A stretch of 34,867 nucleotides of DNA from a virus (lineage: Duplodnaviria > Caudoviricetes). The position numbers were made by a program, and so were the translations under genes. Under the pieces are notes generated by a model. The model was not told the origin of the DNA and searched no databases. It saw nothing but the letters and a program-made list of their open reading frames with translations. The number at the start of each line of letters is the position of its first letter. Positions within the stretch are counted from its first letter, which is position 1. Location: positions 1 to 34,867 of IMG/VR virus record IMGVR_UViG_3300022178_001225, one strand, 5' to 3'. This document shows positions 24,762 to 33,815 of the stretch, one piece after another.

Positions 24762-26768
24762 CTATAGGATGCTACTTACAAAGCGGCCAATAGATGTATT
24801 TGCAAGTGCAGAACCCGCACTTCTAATTAAACCACTACCTGCATCAGTACCTGCAAGTTTTAAGACAGCACCTACACCTGTACCTATAGCACCAGATATA
24901 GCAGCATCATTTTCTGCGTCTAGTTTAGTTAATAAATCAGAGGTGGTTGAGTTAGCATTAAAAATAGCTGTAGCAATTCTTGTTTCTCTGTCCAAAGCAT
25001 TTTCAGAAGATTCAATAGCCTTAAACATCAAGTCTCTTGTAAACTGTTGAATGTTTGCATACGCTTGGTTAGAAACACCTAATGCAGCAGTAGCATTAAA
25101 TTCATTCTGCCTATTAAGCGCTGCCGTGTCAGCCGTTGCAATCTGTCTACGCCACTGAGCATTTGACTGTCCAATTACTAATTGGTTTTGAGCATTAAAC
25201 TGATCTCTCTGATTAGCAATATTAGTATTGAATTGATTGATTGCATTAGTTTGACCAATATTAAATTGATCCATAGCATTGCTTTGGGCTGAATTAAATT
25301 GATTTACTTGCGTACCCAAATTAGCAAAGAACTGATCTGTCTGGTTTTGACTTGTTGCGTTAAACTGCCTTGCTGCATTTGTTGCGGCTGCATCCGAAAA
25401 AATAGACTGCACACGAGACTGGGCATTAAACATAGTTGTTTGTTGCCTACTGCTTAGATTTGCCATATCTACTTGAAGAAAGTTTTGGGCGTTTTGTACA
25501 GCAGCTTGCTGTCTATTATTTAAATTAGACATATCTAGCTGAGATAGAGACGCAGCTTCAGCCATTACAAGAGCTTGTTTATTTGAAAGATTTTGTAAAT
25601 CAAATGTGTTAGCTATTCTAGAGTTCTCTAAAATAACTTGCTGCTCTGCATTAAAGTTAAGATTAGCTATGTCTGAAATTCTAGCTGCGTTGGCTACTCT
25701 AGCTTGAAATGCTTGATCGAACTCCTGACCAATAAAAGCAGCACGTTGCTGTGCAGCAAGCATAGCACGTTGTTGTCTATTACTCAAGTTAGTTTGCTCA
25801 AAAGAAGCAAAAATACTTGCATCAGCTTGAGCAATAGGAATGGCTGCTTCCATTGAAGCTTGTACGACAGCCTGTCCAGCTAAACTAGATGCAGATAAAC
25901 CTCTTGCTGCCATAGCTGCGTTAGCTGCTCGCATAGCCCCCGAAGCCCACGGCGGGGGTTCAGCCGCATCAAAGTCAGAATATAAATTTTCTAACTGTCC
26001 CTGTACCGTAGACTTTTGTGAAGGAGAGGCAGTAGCAGCTTGAATCTGTTCTGTATATTTACTAGCTTTTTCTGCATTAGCTACAGAATCAATAAGCTCA
26101 CCGTTTTGAATCTCCCTATTTGCAGGACCATCAATAAAGCTAGCCTCACCTTGAGCGGCTTCTACTTTAGATACGGAAGATTCATTTTGTTCTTGCGCTT
26201 GAATAGTTGCATCAAACTGACTTTGTTCAGCAGTTGTTGTATCTGTTACACCCTTAATGCCAGCAGCAGATTGAGCAGCCGTAATAGTTGCTGCATCCGT
26301 ATCTTTAACTTGACCTACAGTACTTGAAACACCTGTGCCTGACGGTTGAGAAGCTACTTGACCAGACACTTCACCTGTTCCCGTAGCTATATCTTGATCT
26401 TGTGCGTCCTGTACCTTTTGTGCTGTAACGGTAGCTGTTTCGGGTACTTGACCCTCAAGCCTTTTTTCTTCTTCCTGCTGTAAATCTACATTTGAAACAG
26501 CGCTATTATCAGATGTACTATTTGTATCACCTCCTGTATCATATTTTTTTACTATACCTCCATCAACAAACTTGACTACACCACCTCTAGCTGCCATCAT
26601 AGTACCCACAGCCTGTTGCTGAAATTGCTCATACTTAGCTTTAGCAGCAGGGTCTTGAGCTAAAAACTGCTGGAAACCTCCCATGTCAGGGCTATTATAA
26701 CCAGTAGCCCGTGCAATGCGAGGCATAGCGGCATCAGAAAATTTAATGTTGGTATATGGAGCAGCCAT
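24762..26768 (-). CDS. Gln/Asn/Ala-rich structural protein, probable ejection/pilot protein (668 aa)
   Basis: Long run of NLxNxQQ and QFN repeats; Gly-rich hydrophobic C-terminus. Confidence 0.6.
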   Translation of the reverse strand: MAAPYTNIKFSDAAMPRIARATGYNSPDMGGFQQFLAQDPAAKAKYEQFQQQAVGTMMAARGGVVKFVDGGIVKKYDTGGDTNSTSDNSAVSNVDLQQEEEKRLEGQVPETATVTAQKVQDAQDQDIATGTGEVSGQVASQPSGTGVSSTVGQVKDTDAATITAAQSAAGIKGVTDTTTAEQSQFDATIQAQEQNESSVSKVEAAQGEASFIDGPANREIQNGELIDSVANAEKASKYTEQIQAATASPSQKSTVQGQLENLYSDFDAAEPPPWASGAMRAANAAMAARGLSASSLAGQAVVQASMEAAIPIAQADASIFASFEQTNLSNRQQRAMLAAQQRAAFIGQEFDQAFQARVANAARISDIANLNFNAEQQVILENSRIANTFDLQNLSNKQALVMAEAASLSQLDMSNLNNRQQAAVQNAQNFLQVDMANLSSRQQTTMFNAQSRVQSIFSDAAATNAARQFNATSQNQTDQFFANLGTQVNQFNSAQSNAMDQFNIGQTNAINQFNTNIANQRDQFNAQNQLVIGQSNAQWRRQIATADTAALNRQNEFNATAALGVSNQAYANIQQFTRDLMFKAIESSENALDRETRIATAIFNANSTTSDLLTKLDAENDAAISGAIGTGVGAVLKLAGTDAGSGLIRSAGSALANTSIGRFVSSIL

Positions 26769-26771
26769 ATC

Positions 26772-26933
26772 TTAATCCTTATTTTTTATTTCATTCATCG
26801 TTTGATATATTCTTAAAGATAACCACACTATAGAAAGTACAGATGCTATAGCAGGCAGTATTTGAACTACAGCACCCAATGTTACTGTAATAGCAGACCA
26901 GTCTATGAGGGTTTTTCCTGAAGGATCAAACAT
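26772..26933 (-). CDS. Small membrane protein, holin-like (53 aa), not in ORF track
   Basis: MFDPSGKTLIDWSAITVTLGAVVQILPAIASVLSIVWLSLRIYQTMNEIKNKD: hydrophobic core and charged tail; fills the gap exactly. Confidence 0.7.
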   Translation of the reverse strand: MFDPSGKTLIDWSAITVTLGAVVQILPAIASVLSIVWLSLRIYQTMNEIKNKD

Positions 26934-26937
26934 ATTA

Positions 26938-28986
26938 TTAATGTCCAATCGCTAAATAATAAAACCCATCAATACTTCCATCTGATACTTGAACGTCAAA
27001 GCCGGATGTTGTTAGTGTGTTAACAGCAAAACCAGCCGCAGCCGCTCCACTGTGAGAAGCAGTAGTCTGCACATTTAAACAAGCAGTACTAAAAGCAGAG
27101 GTAAAAGAAACAGTGTCTCCGTTAGTAGGGTCTGAAACAAAACCCCACCTTAGTTGTAACGAACCTATATTAGTACTACCATTTGTTGCTAGTGTTTGAC
27201 TAGACACAGCAAGAGGTGTTACCCAACTAAAGGTTCCATCACCGTCAGATGCTAATACTTGTGCGCTTGTACCATTACCACTAACATTTAAGGCGGCAGC
27301 ACCTACTGCATTATCATCAATCTTAGCTGCCGTTACGGAATCTGCTGCAAGTTCATCTGTATCTACAGCACCAGCAGCAATGCTAGTTGCAAAACTTAAA
27401 CTTCCTGTACCATCAAAGTCACCAGACGTTCCTGTTACATTTCCTGTAAGCGTTATTGTACGAGCAGTAGCCCACTTAGTAGCAGTTCCAGCATTACCAG
27501 AAGCATTGCCTGTAACATTGCCGGTAAGGTTGCCGGTTACGTTGCCAGTTACAACACTGTCTTTAAGCAGTACACCATCAATGGTTACGCCTGATGCACC
27601 CGTTGTTTCATTGATTGTATTAGTAGTAAGAACGTCTCCTGCTGTCACAACAACATTAGTTCCGCCTGTAGAGTTACCAATAGCTAGTACTTCTGCTAGT
27701 GTGTCTACTGTATCGACCTGACTGTCTACATAGGCTTTAATAGATTGTTGCGTTGCAAGTTTTTCCGCACTATTAGAAGCCATATTGTCTTCATCAAGTA
27801 CGCCGGTAATCGTTGTAGAACTATTAACATTTAAGCTAGTGCTTGCCGTAAGTGTAGTAAAAGCACCTGTCCCTGCACTACTAGCACCAATGTTAGTACC
27901 ATCAATAGTACCACCATCAATGTTTGCTGTAGTAACAGTACCCAGATTGCTAATAGTTTGACCCGCAAATGTAGAAGTGCCTGCCGCTGTAATGCCACCA
28001 TCTTTAATTAGTAGGGAATCAACTGTCACACCAGAAGCAGATGTCGTTTCACTAATAGTGTTTGTTGTAATAGAGTCGCCACTAGTAACTACAATGTTAG
28101 TGCCACTTGTGCTATTTCCATTACCTAAAACTTCAGTTAATGTATCAGCAGTACCTACTTGACTATCTACATAGGCTTTAATGGATTGCTGTGTAGCTAG
28201 TTTAGCTGCACTATCAGAAGCCATATTATCTTCGTCTAGTATTCCTGTAATGGTAGTAGAGCTATTAACATTTAAATTGGTTGAGGCTGTAAGTGTAGTA
28301 AAGGCTCCTGTAGAGGCCGACGAGTTGCCAACAGCTGTAGAGTTAAGGGATGTAGCAGTAAGAGTTGTAAACGTACCAGCAGCCGCGCTAGCGCCACCAA
28401 TAACAGCACCATCAACAGTGCCTCCATTAATATCTACAGTAGTAACTGTACCTAAGTTTGACCACGTTCCTGTTAAAGAACCACCGCTACTGGCAGTTAG
28501 CGTGCCACCTACTGTTAGTGTACCGCTAATATCAGTAGTTGTAGCATTTACGTCTAGCGTACCTGTAGCAATCTCTACTTCACCGTCTGCATCAATGTCA
28601 AGCTGACCGTCTGTACTAGAGTTAATACTAATAGCTGTGTCACGCAGTTGAATCTTTTTGTCTGTGGCTACAAGAACATCTTCACCAATACCATCAATGT
28701 AAGCTATACCATCAATGTACATATCTTTAAATTGTAAAGACGCTGTACCAATATCTAATGTATTAGTAGTCTTAGGTTTGATTTCGCCTGCACTAACAAC
28801 AAAATCTTGTACTGGACCTACAACAGTAACGGGACCACCCTCTGCCGCAGTTCCGTCATGTGTGTGTCCTGACGTACCAAAGGCAGTAACAATGGCATCA
28901 AATTCACCATCAAGATCAGCCGCATTAATAACATTACCCGTAGCAATATTATTAGATGCGTCATTTCTTGTATAACCCGTTCCCAT
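26938..28986 (-). CDS. Tail fibre protein (682 aa)
   Basis: N-terminal GYTR...DGEFDAI...GHTHDG anchor; Gly/Thr/Ser-rich shaft with ATQQSIKAYVD repeats; C-terminal LQLRWG..F..AF...YYLAIGH fibre-tip domain. Confidence 0.85.
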   Translation of the reverse strand: MGTGYTRNDASNNIATGNVINAADLDGEFDAIVTAFGTSGHTHDGTAAEGGPVTVVGPVQDFVVSAGEIKPKTTNTLDIGTASLQFKDMYIDGIAYIDGIGEDVLVATDKKIQLRDTAISINSSTDGQLDIDADGEVEIATGTLDVNATTTDISGTLTVGGTLTASSGGSLTGTWSNLGTVTTVDINGGTVDGAVIGGASAAAGTFTTLTATSLNSTAVGNSSASTGAFTTLTASTNLNVNSSTTITGILDEDNMASDSAAKLATQQSIKAYVDSQVGTADTLTEVLGNGNSTSGTNIVVTSGDSITTNTISETTSASGVTVDSLLIKDGGITAAGTSTFAGQTISNLGTVTTANIDGGTIDGTNIGASSAGTGAFTTLTASTSLNVNSSTTITGVLDEDNMASNSAEKLATQQSIKAYVDSQVDTVDTLAEVLAIGNSTGGTNVVVTAGDVLTTNTINETTGASGVTIDGVLLKDSVVTGNVTGNLTGNVTGNASGNAGTATKWATARTITLTGNVTGTSGDFDGTGSLSFATSIAAGAVDTDELAADSVTAAKIDDNAVGAAALNVSGNGTSAQVLASDGDGTFSWVTPLAVSSQTLATNGSTNIGSLQLRWGFVSDPTNGDTVSFTSAFSTACLNVQTTASHSGAAAAGFAVNTLTTSGFDVQVSDGSIDGFYYLAIGH
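27560..28450. repeat. Internal tandem duplication with a 441-bp (147 aa) period
   Basis: CTACATAGGCTTTAAT at 27726 and 28167; two copies of GAFTTLTAST.LNVNSSTTITG.LDEDNMAS.SA.KLATQQSIKAYVDSQV. Boundaries approximate. Confidence 0.85.
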
Positions 28987-28990
28987 ATTA

Positions 28991-30979
28991 TTATCTCCTC
29001 GCGTTGTTAGCGTATTCTATTGTCATTGCATCTAGTGCAAATGATGGGTCTGTACCGTTACTAGTAAAGTTTAAAGACCCTGTGTATCCTGAACCTATTA
29101 GCTGTGCCTCAAATACGTATTGTAATTTACCGCCAAATCTTGCTGTACCATATACGGCAGAGCTATATAAAGAAACATCACTAGAACCGCCAGCTACTAA
29201 ATTGTTTATACTGATAGCATCGGGTTGAATGCTCGATATACCATCAAAGTCTAACTTTAAGTTTGCACTAATAGTTACTGTACCTTTAGGGTCTGTGTAT
29301 AAAAACATCTTGTAAAAAGTTTTACGTACTCTCGGATCAGCTAGTGGCAAATGTGGTGTTGAAAATGCTGCTTGTATATCTGAACCATCAAAGCTATTAC
29401 CCTGTTCAAGTTGATATATGTAACCATCGTTATTACCAAAAACTATATACTCAACACCTTCATGCAAATGACTGTCTGCTACGTGTGCTTTAATGCCTCT
29501 AGTTTCAGCACATGCAACACCACCACCACCTTCTTGAGCTAACTGTGTAACAATTACGCCCTTAGAGTTTTCTTTAGTAAATGACGCAGCATATCCTAAT
29601 ATTCTGTATTGAGACTTAGACCTAATAACTAAACTAGAAAAAACGGTACTAGAAGAAACGAAGTCTGTAAAGTCACTTTGAATTGCTTTAGATATATTAG
29701 CAAAGTTAAAGTCACCAATTCGTTCTGTTGCACTTAATAACCTAAGACCATCGGGCGCTAAAAACATAACGTCGGTGCCGACCTCTTGAATAGAATCTCC
29801 AGCCAAACAACCAATGTCTCTTGTTACAGGGTCTAGTCTAAAGTCAGCTATGGTAGAACCAGCTAATTTAAAAATAGCATTTTCTGTAAATATAAATAAA
29901 GTATCTCTAAAAACAGATAGTCCTGTAATATCATCGCCTACATTAATAGTACCTGCACCGTTAGCAGCGGTAAAGTCTGTATCAGTATATACTGCTGTGA
30001 AAGTTATAGCAGAACCTTTAGCAAAAAACAAGTTATTTTTAAAGTTTTTTACGTGTGCGGCCCCAACTACATCTGACGGCGCACTGTTTAAAACAGTAAA
30101 TGTAGTACCATTATAAATAGCAGGAGCATTTGATCCATCTACTAATATCATCTTATCTGTACCGTCAAAGTTATAACGGTCAAATCTTAATTTACTAGCA
30201 CCGTCACGAGAGATAGACAAAAAAGTAACTGCTGCATCGTCAGCAGGACTACTAGCTAGTGCAGGATCAATAGCAAGTGTTGACTCACCAGAACTAACAG
30301 TAGCGTTAGCTGTAACTGTATATACTAAATTTATACCAGCAATTTTAAATACGTCACCCGCACGAGGTGCAGCAGACAGACCGTCTACAGCTAAAGTAGA
30401 ACCGCTTTGAGAACCTGCGTTGACTAATACAGTACCATACGTAGGTACGTTTACATGAGTATAGCCTGAACCTGCTGTTTTAAATATATCAAAGTTTCTT
30501 TGTGCAAGCACAGTATCTTCAAATACTGCTAGTCCTGTTAAAATATGCTCTGTGGTTGTGGTTACAAAAGTAACAGCTACAGCATTAGCAGGACTACTAT
30601 CTAAGGATGTTGTTAAAGTTAAAGTTGCTCTGTTGTTTGTAGCATCAAAACTAACACCACCAGACGCAATAGTATATGTACCGGAAACACCTGTGACTGT
30701 AAAAGTGTCACCTGCTTCTGGTGTTTTATGTATGTTAGCTATAATAAGAGTAGTGCCACTTTGTGAGGCACCGTGAACAACAGGCAAACCATAAGGCGGA
30801 ACAATAGTGCTATCGTATTTATCAAAGCCATTAACACGCCTGTAACCACCCTCAATAGAAGGCTCAAAGTTACGTAAGATAGTAGCGCTACCCGGAGCAT
30901 TTATACCCTGCTGTAAAGGACTAAGATTGGTTACAAGACCACCCCTAAACTCTACTGGGAATGTTTGCCACTTTTCCAT
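28991..30979 (-). CDS. Tail tubular B / DNA-stabilisation (nozzle)-like protein (662 aa)
   Basis: Beta-propeller-like repeats (ITGLSVFRDTLFIF, IGCLAGDSIQ, MFLAPDGLR); follows the adaptor-like gene. Confidence 0.7.
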   Translation of the reverse strand: MEKWQTFPVEFRGGLVTNLSPLQQGINAPGSATILRNFEPSIEGGYRRVNGFDKYDSTIVPPYGLPVVHGASQSGTTLIIANIHKTPEAGDTFTVTGVSGTYTIASGGVSFDATNNRATLTLTTSLDSSPANAVAVTFVTTTTEHILTGLAVFEDTVLAQRNFDIFKTAGSGYTHVNVPTYGTVLVNAGSQSGSTLAVDGLSAAPRAGDVFKIAGINLVYTVTANATVSSGESTLAIDPALASSPADDAAVTFLSISRDGASKLRFDRYNFDGTDKMILVDGSNAPAIYNGTTFTVLNSAPSDVVGAAHVKNFKNNLFFAKGSAITFTAVYTDTDFTAANGAGTINVGDDITGLSVFRDTLFIFTENAIFKLAGSTIADFRLDPVTRDIGCLAGDSIQEVGTDVMFLAPDGLRLLSATERIGDFNFANISKAIQSDFTDFVSSSTVFSSLVIRSKSQYRILGYAASFTKENSKGVIVTQLAQEGGGGVACAETRGIKAHVADSHLHEGVEYIVFGNNDGYIYQLEQGNSFDGSDIQAAFSTPHLPLADPRVRKTFYKMFLYTDPKGTVTISANLKLDFDGISSIQPDAISINNLVAGGSSDVSLYSSAVYGTARFGGKLQYVFEAQLIGSGYTGSLNFTSNGTDPSFALDAMTIEYANNARR

Positions 30980-31731
30980 TATAGTGAATCCAATGAAGAA
31001 CCTGCGTTAGAAGAGGAAGCAGCAAAACGACCACTTCCCTGATTGTTTGAAACCATATAGCTACGTAGGTATTCAAATCTATTAATTAGCATACTACGCA
31101 TATGTTTGATTCCGTCATCAAACTTTTGAAGGGACAACCCTGCCATTTGAGCGTCACCCCTAAAAGAATAAGCATAATACATAGAGCCATCTACAATAAT
31201 ATGTTTAAAGCGTTCAGGAATAGCTGGAACATCTGTAGAAATTTCTAAGTCAACGGGAATGCGATAGTACTCATATACTACTGTGTAGGCTTTATCTGGT
31301 GGAGGAACCATTCCGTACTCTAAAGACGGTGCATGAAATACATAGTTAGGAAGAGCATTATTTGAGGTACTTGTTTTGTATTCCTGTGAAATACTTTTTT
31401 CTAAATATTCTTCATAATTAACTATTTTTAGTTTTTTAGTATTGTTGTTTAGTGTAGAGTCTTCTTTAATTCTAAATGTTTCAAACGAAATTACTTTACA
31501 GTCATTAGGAAATGGATATCTTGTTGTGCCTGCTGTAAGCACGTCTTCTTGTGTTACGTGATTAAAAGGCCATCCATACTCTGATTGATTAACGTAGCGT
31601 AAAGACGCATTGACTGCATCTTTAGCGTGAGCATAAAAACCATTAGAAGAACTAAAATTGCTTGAGGTTAACTCAACTTCGTTTAGTCTACGGTTAACTT
31701 CGTTTACTAGACCGAGAAAATTGTATGCCAT
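30979..31731 (-). CDS. Tail tubular A / head-tail adaptor-like protein (250 aa)
   Basis: FLGLVNEVNRRLNE, WPF, P.PDKAYTV.YEYY, DVPAIPERFKHIIVDG. Confidence 0.7.
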   Translation of the reverse strand: MAYNFLGLVNEVNRRLNEVELTSSNFSSSNGFYAHAKDAVNASLRYVNQSEYGWPFNHVTQEDVLTAGTTRYPFPNDCKVISFETFRIKEDSTLNNNTKKLKIVNYEEYLEKSISQEYKTSTSNNALPNYVFHAPSLEYGMVPPPDKAYTVVYEYYRIPVDLEISTDVPAIPERFKHIIVDGSMYYAYSFRGDAQMAGLSLQKFDDGIKHMRSMLINRFEYLRSYMVSNNQGSGRFAASSSNAGSSLDSL

Positions 31732-32075
31732 TATTTCTCTCTTATTGATAATTTAATAGACCGCTCTGCTGTACTTCCTGTACTGTCAGTCATTTTACAC
31801 GAGAAGGTATATTCTCTATTTAGTACTCCACCACCAATGTTAATGGTTGCTACGGTACTTGTATTAGATTGTGATACATTTTGAATATTGTCTGTAACTG
31901 CACTGCTAGAAGCAGTAGTTAAAGTTTGCCCTGACCCTAATTGTGTCTTACCTATTTCACTAGTTTTAACAAACCAAACAACAGAGCTAATTGTTGCGTC
32001 CCCTAAAAAACGTAGCCAATCTACACTGTAATCTAGTGTTTCATCTGGGTCTTTGATGGGCCATTTGAATGACAT
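31731..32075 (-). CDS. Virion-associated beta-rich protein (114 aa)
   Basis: GGAG SD supports start MSFKWPIKDPDETLDYSVDW; KDP...DY..DW motif. Confidence 0.7.
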   Translation of the reverse strand: MSFKWPIKDPDETLDYSVDWLRFLGDATISSVVWFVKTSEIGKTQLGSGQTLTTASSSAVTDNIQNVSQSNTSTVATINIGGGVLNREYTFSCKMTDSTGSTAERSIKLSIREK

Positions 32076-32079
32076 ATAA

Positions 32080-32253
32080 TTACTCCGTTGCGTATACTGT
32101 TCGATCAAAAGTACCTAACTGACGTTCTACATAAACGGAACGTATTTCTTTAGGTACTTCTACTATTCTGTCGTCTGTGGTAGACTGTCTAGCTACTGTA
32201 ACCATACGATTTTCAAAAGGTACGTTGGCTGTTCTATCAAATGCTGTTGACAT
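32080..32253 (-). CDS. Small protein with RxVxV repeats (57 aa), not in ORF track
   Basis: MSTAFDRTANVPFENRMVTVARQSTTDDRIVEVPKEIRSVYVERQLGTFDRTVYATE; TAATG overlap with the upstream gene. Confidence 0.7.
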   Translation of the reverse strand: MSTAFDRTANVPFENRMVTVARQSTTDDRIVEVPKEIRSVYVERQLGTFDRTVYATE

Positions 32254-33578
32254 TATGCGGCTCTCGGTACATATACACAGCGTTTTCTACTGTATAGTGT
32301 TTTAACATTATTAAAGTTAAAGGTTACACCAGATGCGGTAACACTGTTAGTACTTATAGTACCCGAAACACTTGAAAGTGTAAAGTCATTAGCTACACCT
32401 ACAGAACCCACTGCAAAAGTAGAAACATTGCCAGTAAGTATTTTTACTATGTTAGTCTTTAGTATACCAATACTATGTGTTGCTGATACACCTACAACTT
32501 CAATATTAGTATTTACCTCTAAAGATACAGTACCTAAAGATATAGTAGAAGAAACACCAGTAACATTTGTTTCTATAGAACTACTAACACTACCTACTGA
32601 AGAAATTAAGCTATCTTGTGATACCTCTACTGTACTATTAACTTCAATAGTTAAAGAACCAATAGAACCTGTTGCAGATACGGACGCTACATTAGTAGTA
32701 AGTAAAGATGTGACAGCGGATACTGCGGTAGTGCCTACTACACCTGTTATTGAAACAGTTGAAACTACAGTAAGTGAAACAGAACCTACGCTTGAAGTAG
32801 CTGATACACCGCTTACGGTAATATTACTAGAGGATGTTGGTGTAACAGAACCAACGCTTGAAGTACCCGTTACTCCAGTAAGTGCTTTAACTAAGCTAGT
32901 CTGAATAGAACCAACACTAGATGTTGCAGCTACAGCAGTGAGGGCTTTAGAAACACTACCCCCGATAGAACCTACACTTGATGTACCTGTTACACCGTTT
33001 GCAGTAATGTTACTAGTTGCCGTTAGGGTAACAGAACCAACACTAGATGTTGCAGCTACGCCTACTAGTGAAACAGCCTCACTTACAGTAGCACTTACTG
33101 TACCTACAGAACTCGTAGCAGACACACTAGATAGAGCTACGTCTAAAGCGGTTGTTAGTGAACCAACACTGCCTGTACTAGAAGTACCACTAAGTGTTAT
33201 ATTGTTTGTAGACGTAAAGCTAAGAGAGCCTACAGAGGTAGTACCAATTACGCCCGTAATTGACACACCGCCAGAAAGAACATTAACTGAACCAGCGGCA
33301 GTTGTTCCTGCTACACCTGTTATAACTACAGGAGCTATAGTTGTACCTAAAGTACCTACAGCGGTTGTTCCTGCTACACCCGTCAGTGCTTTTGTCTGAG
33401 GTGTAACTACAGAACCAACAGCAGTTGTACCTACTACATTAGTAAGTGCTTTTGTTAAACTTGTAGTTAAAGTACCTACAGCAGATGTACCTGCTACACC
33501 TGTAGCACTTACAGAACTAGCAAAAATTAAAGTTGTATGCGCTAGAGGTGTAGTGGCTAAAGGTGAAAAAGCAGGCAT
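32253..33578 (-). CDS. Ser/Thr/Val/Gly-rich repeat protein, probable virion fibre or decoration (441 aa)
   Basis: Many repeats of about 19-23 aa with core TGVxxTxxVGS. Confidence 0.7.
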   Translation of the reverse strand: MPAFSPLATTPLAHTTLIFASSVSATGVAGTSAVGTLTTSLTKALTNVVGTTAVGSVVTPQTKALTGVAGTTAVGTLGTTIAPVVITGVAGTTAAGSVNVLSGGVSITGVIGTTSVGSLSFTSTNNITLSGTSSTGSVGSLTTALDVALSSVSATSSVGTVSATVSEAVSLVGVAATSSVGSVTLTATSNITANGVTGTSSVGSIGGSVSKALTAVAATSSVGSIQTSLVKALTGVTGTSSVGSVTPTSSSNITVSGVSATSSVGSVSLTVVSTVSITGVVGTTAVSAVTSLLTTNVASVSATGSIGSLTIEVNSTVEVSQDSLISSVGSVSSSIETNVTGVSSTISLGTVSLEVNTNIEVVGVSATHSIGILKTNIVKILTGNVSTFAVGSVGVANDFTLSSVSGTISTNSVTASGVTFNFNNVKTLYSRKRCVYVPRAA

Positions 33579-33803
33579 TTAGACTCCAGAAGCAGTAATA
33601 GCGTCAGTAAAAGGGGTCATGTCTTCTGTAGTCCAGAAGTCCCATTCTACAACAAGTCGTAGATGATCTGCATTACGATTAAGAATAGTTTCATCATCAG
33701 CGTAATCATCTGGTGATGCTATAACAGCATTAATTAAATTTACAGAATCCATTGCTGCTGAGTAGTGTTGGGCAATTTGTTCGGATGTTAGTTCTTCTGA
33801 CAT
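33579..33803 (-). CDS. Acidic hypothetical protein (74 aa), tail-fibre associated
   Basis: AAGGA SD; directly downstream of the S74-bearing fibre gene. Confidence 0.7.
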   Translation of the reverse strand: MSEELTSEQIAQHYSAAMDSVNLINAVIASPDDYADDETILNRNADHLRLVVEWDFWTTEDMTPFTDAITASGV

Positions 33804-33815
33804 TTTATTTTTTCC

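Noticed and set aside
27380-33399. Long + strand ORFs opposite the tail and fibre genes
   Set aside because: Antisense shadows of low-complexity S/T/V/G-rich genes; no SDs or recognisable motifs.
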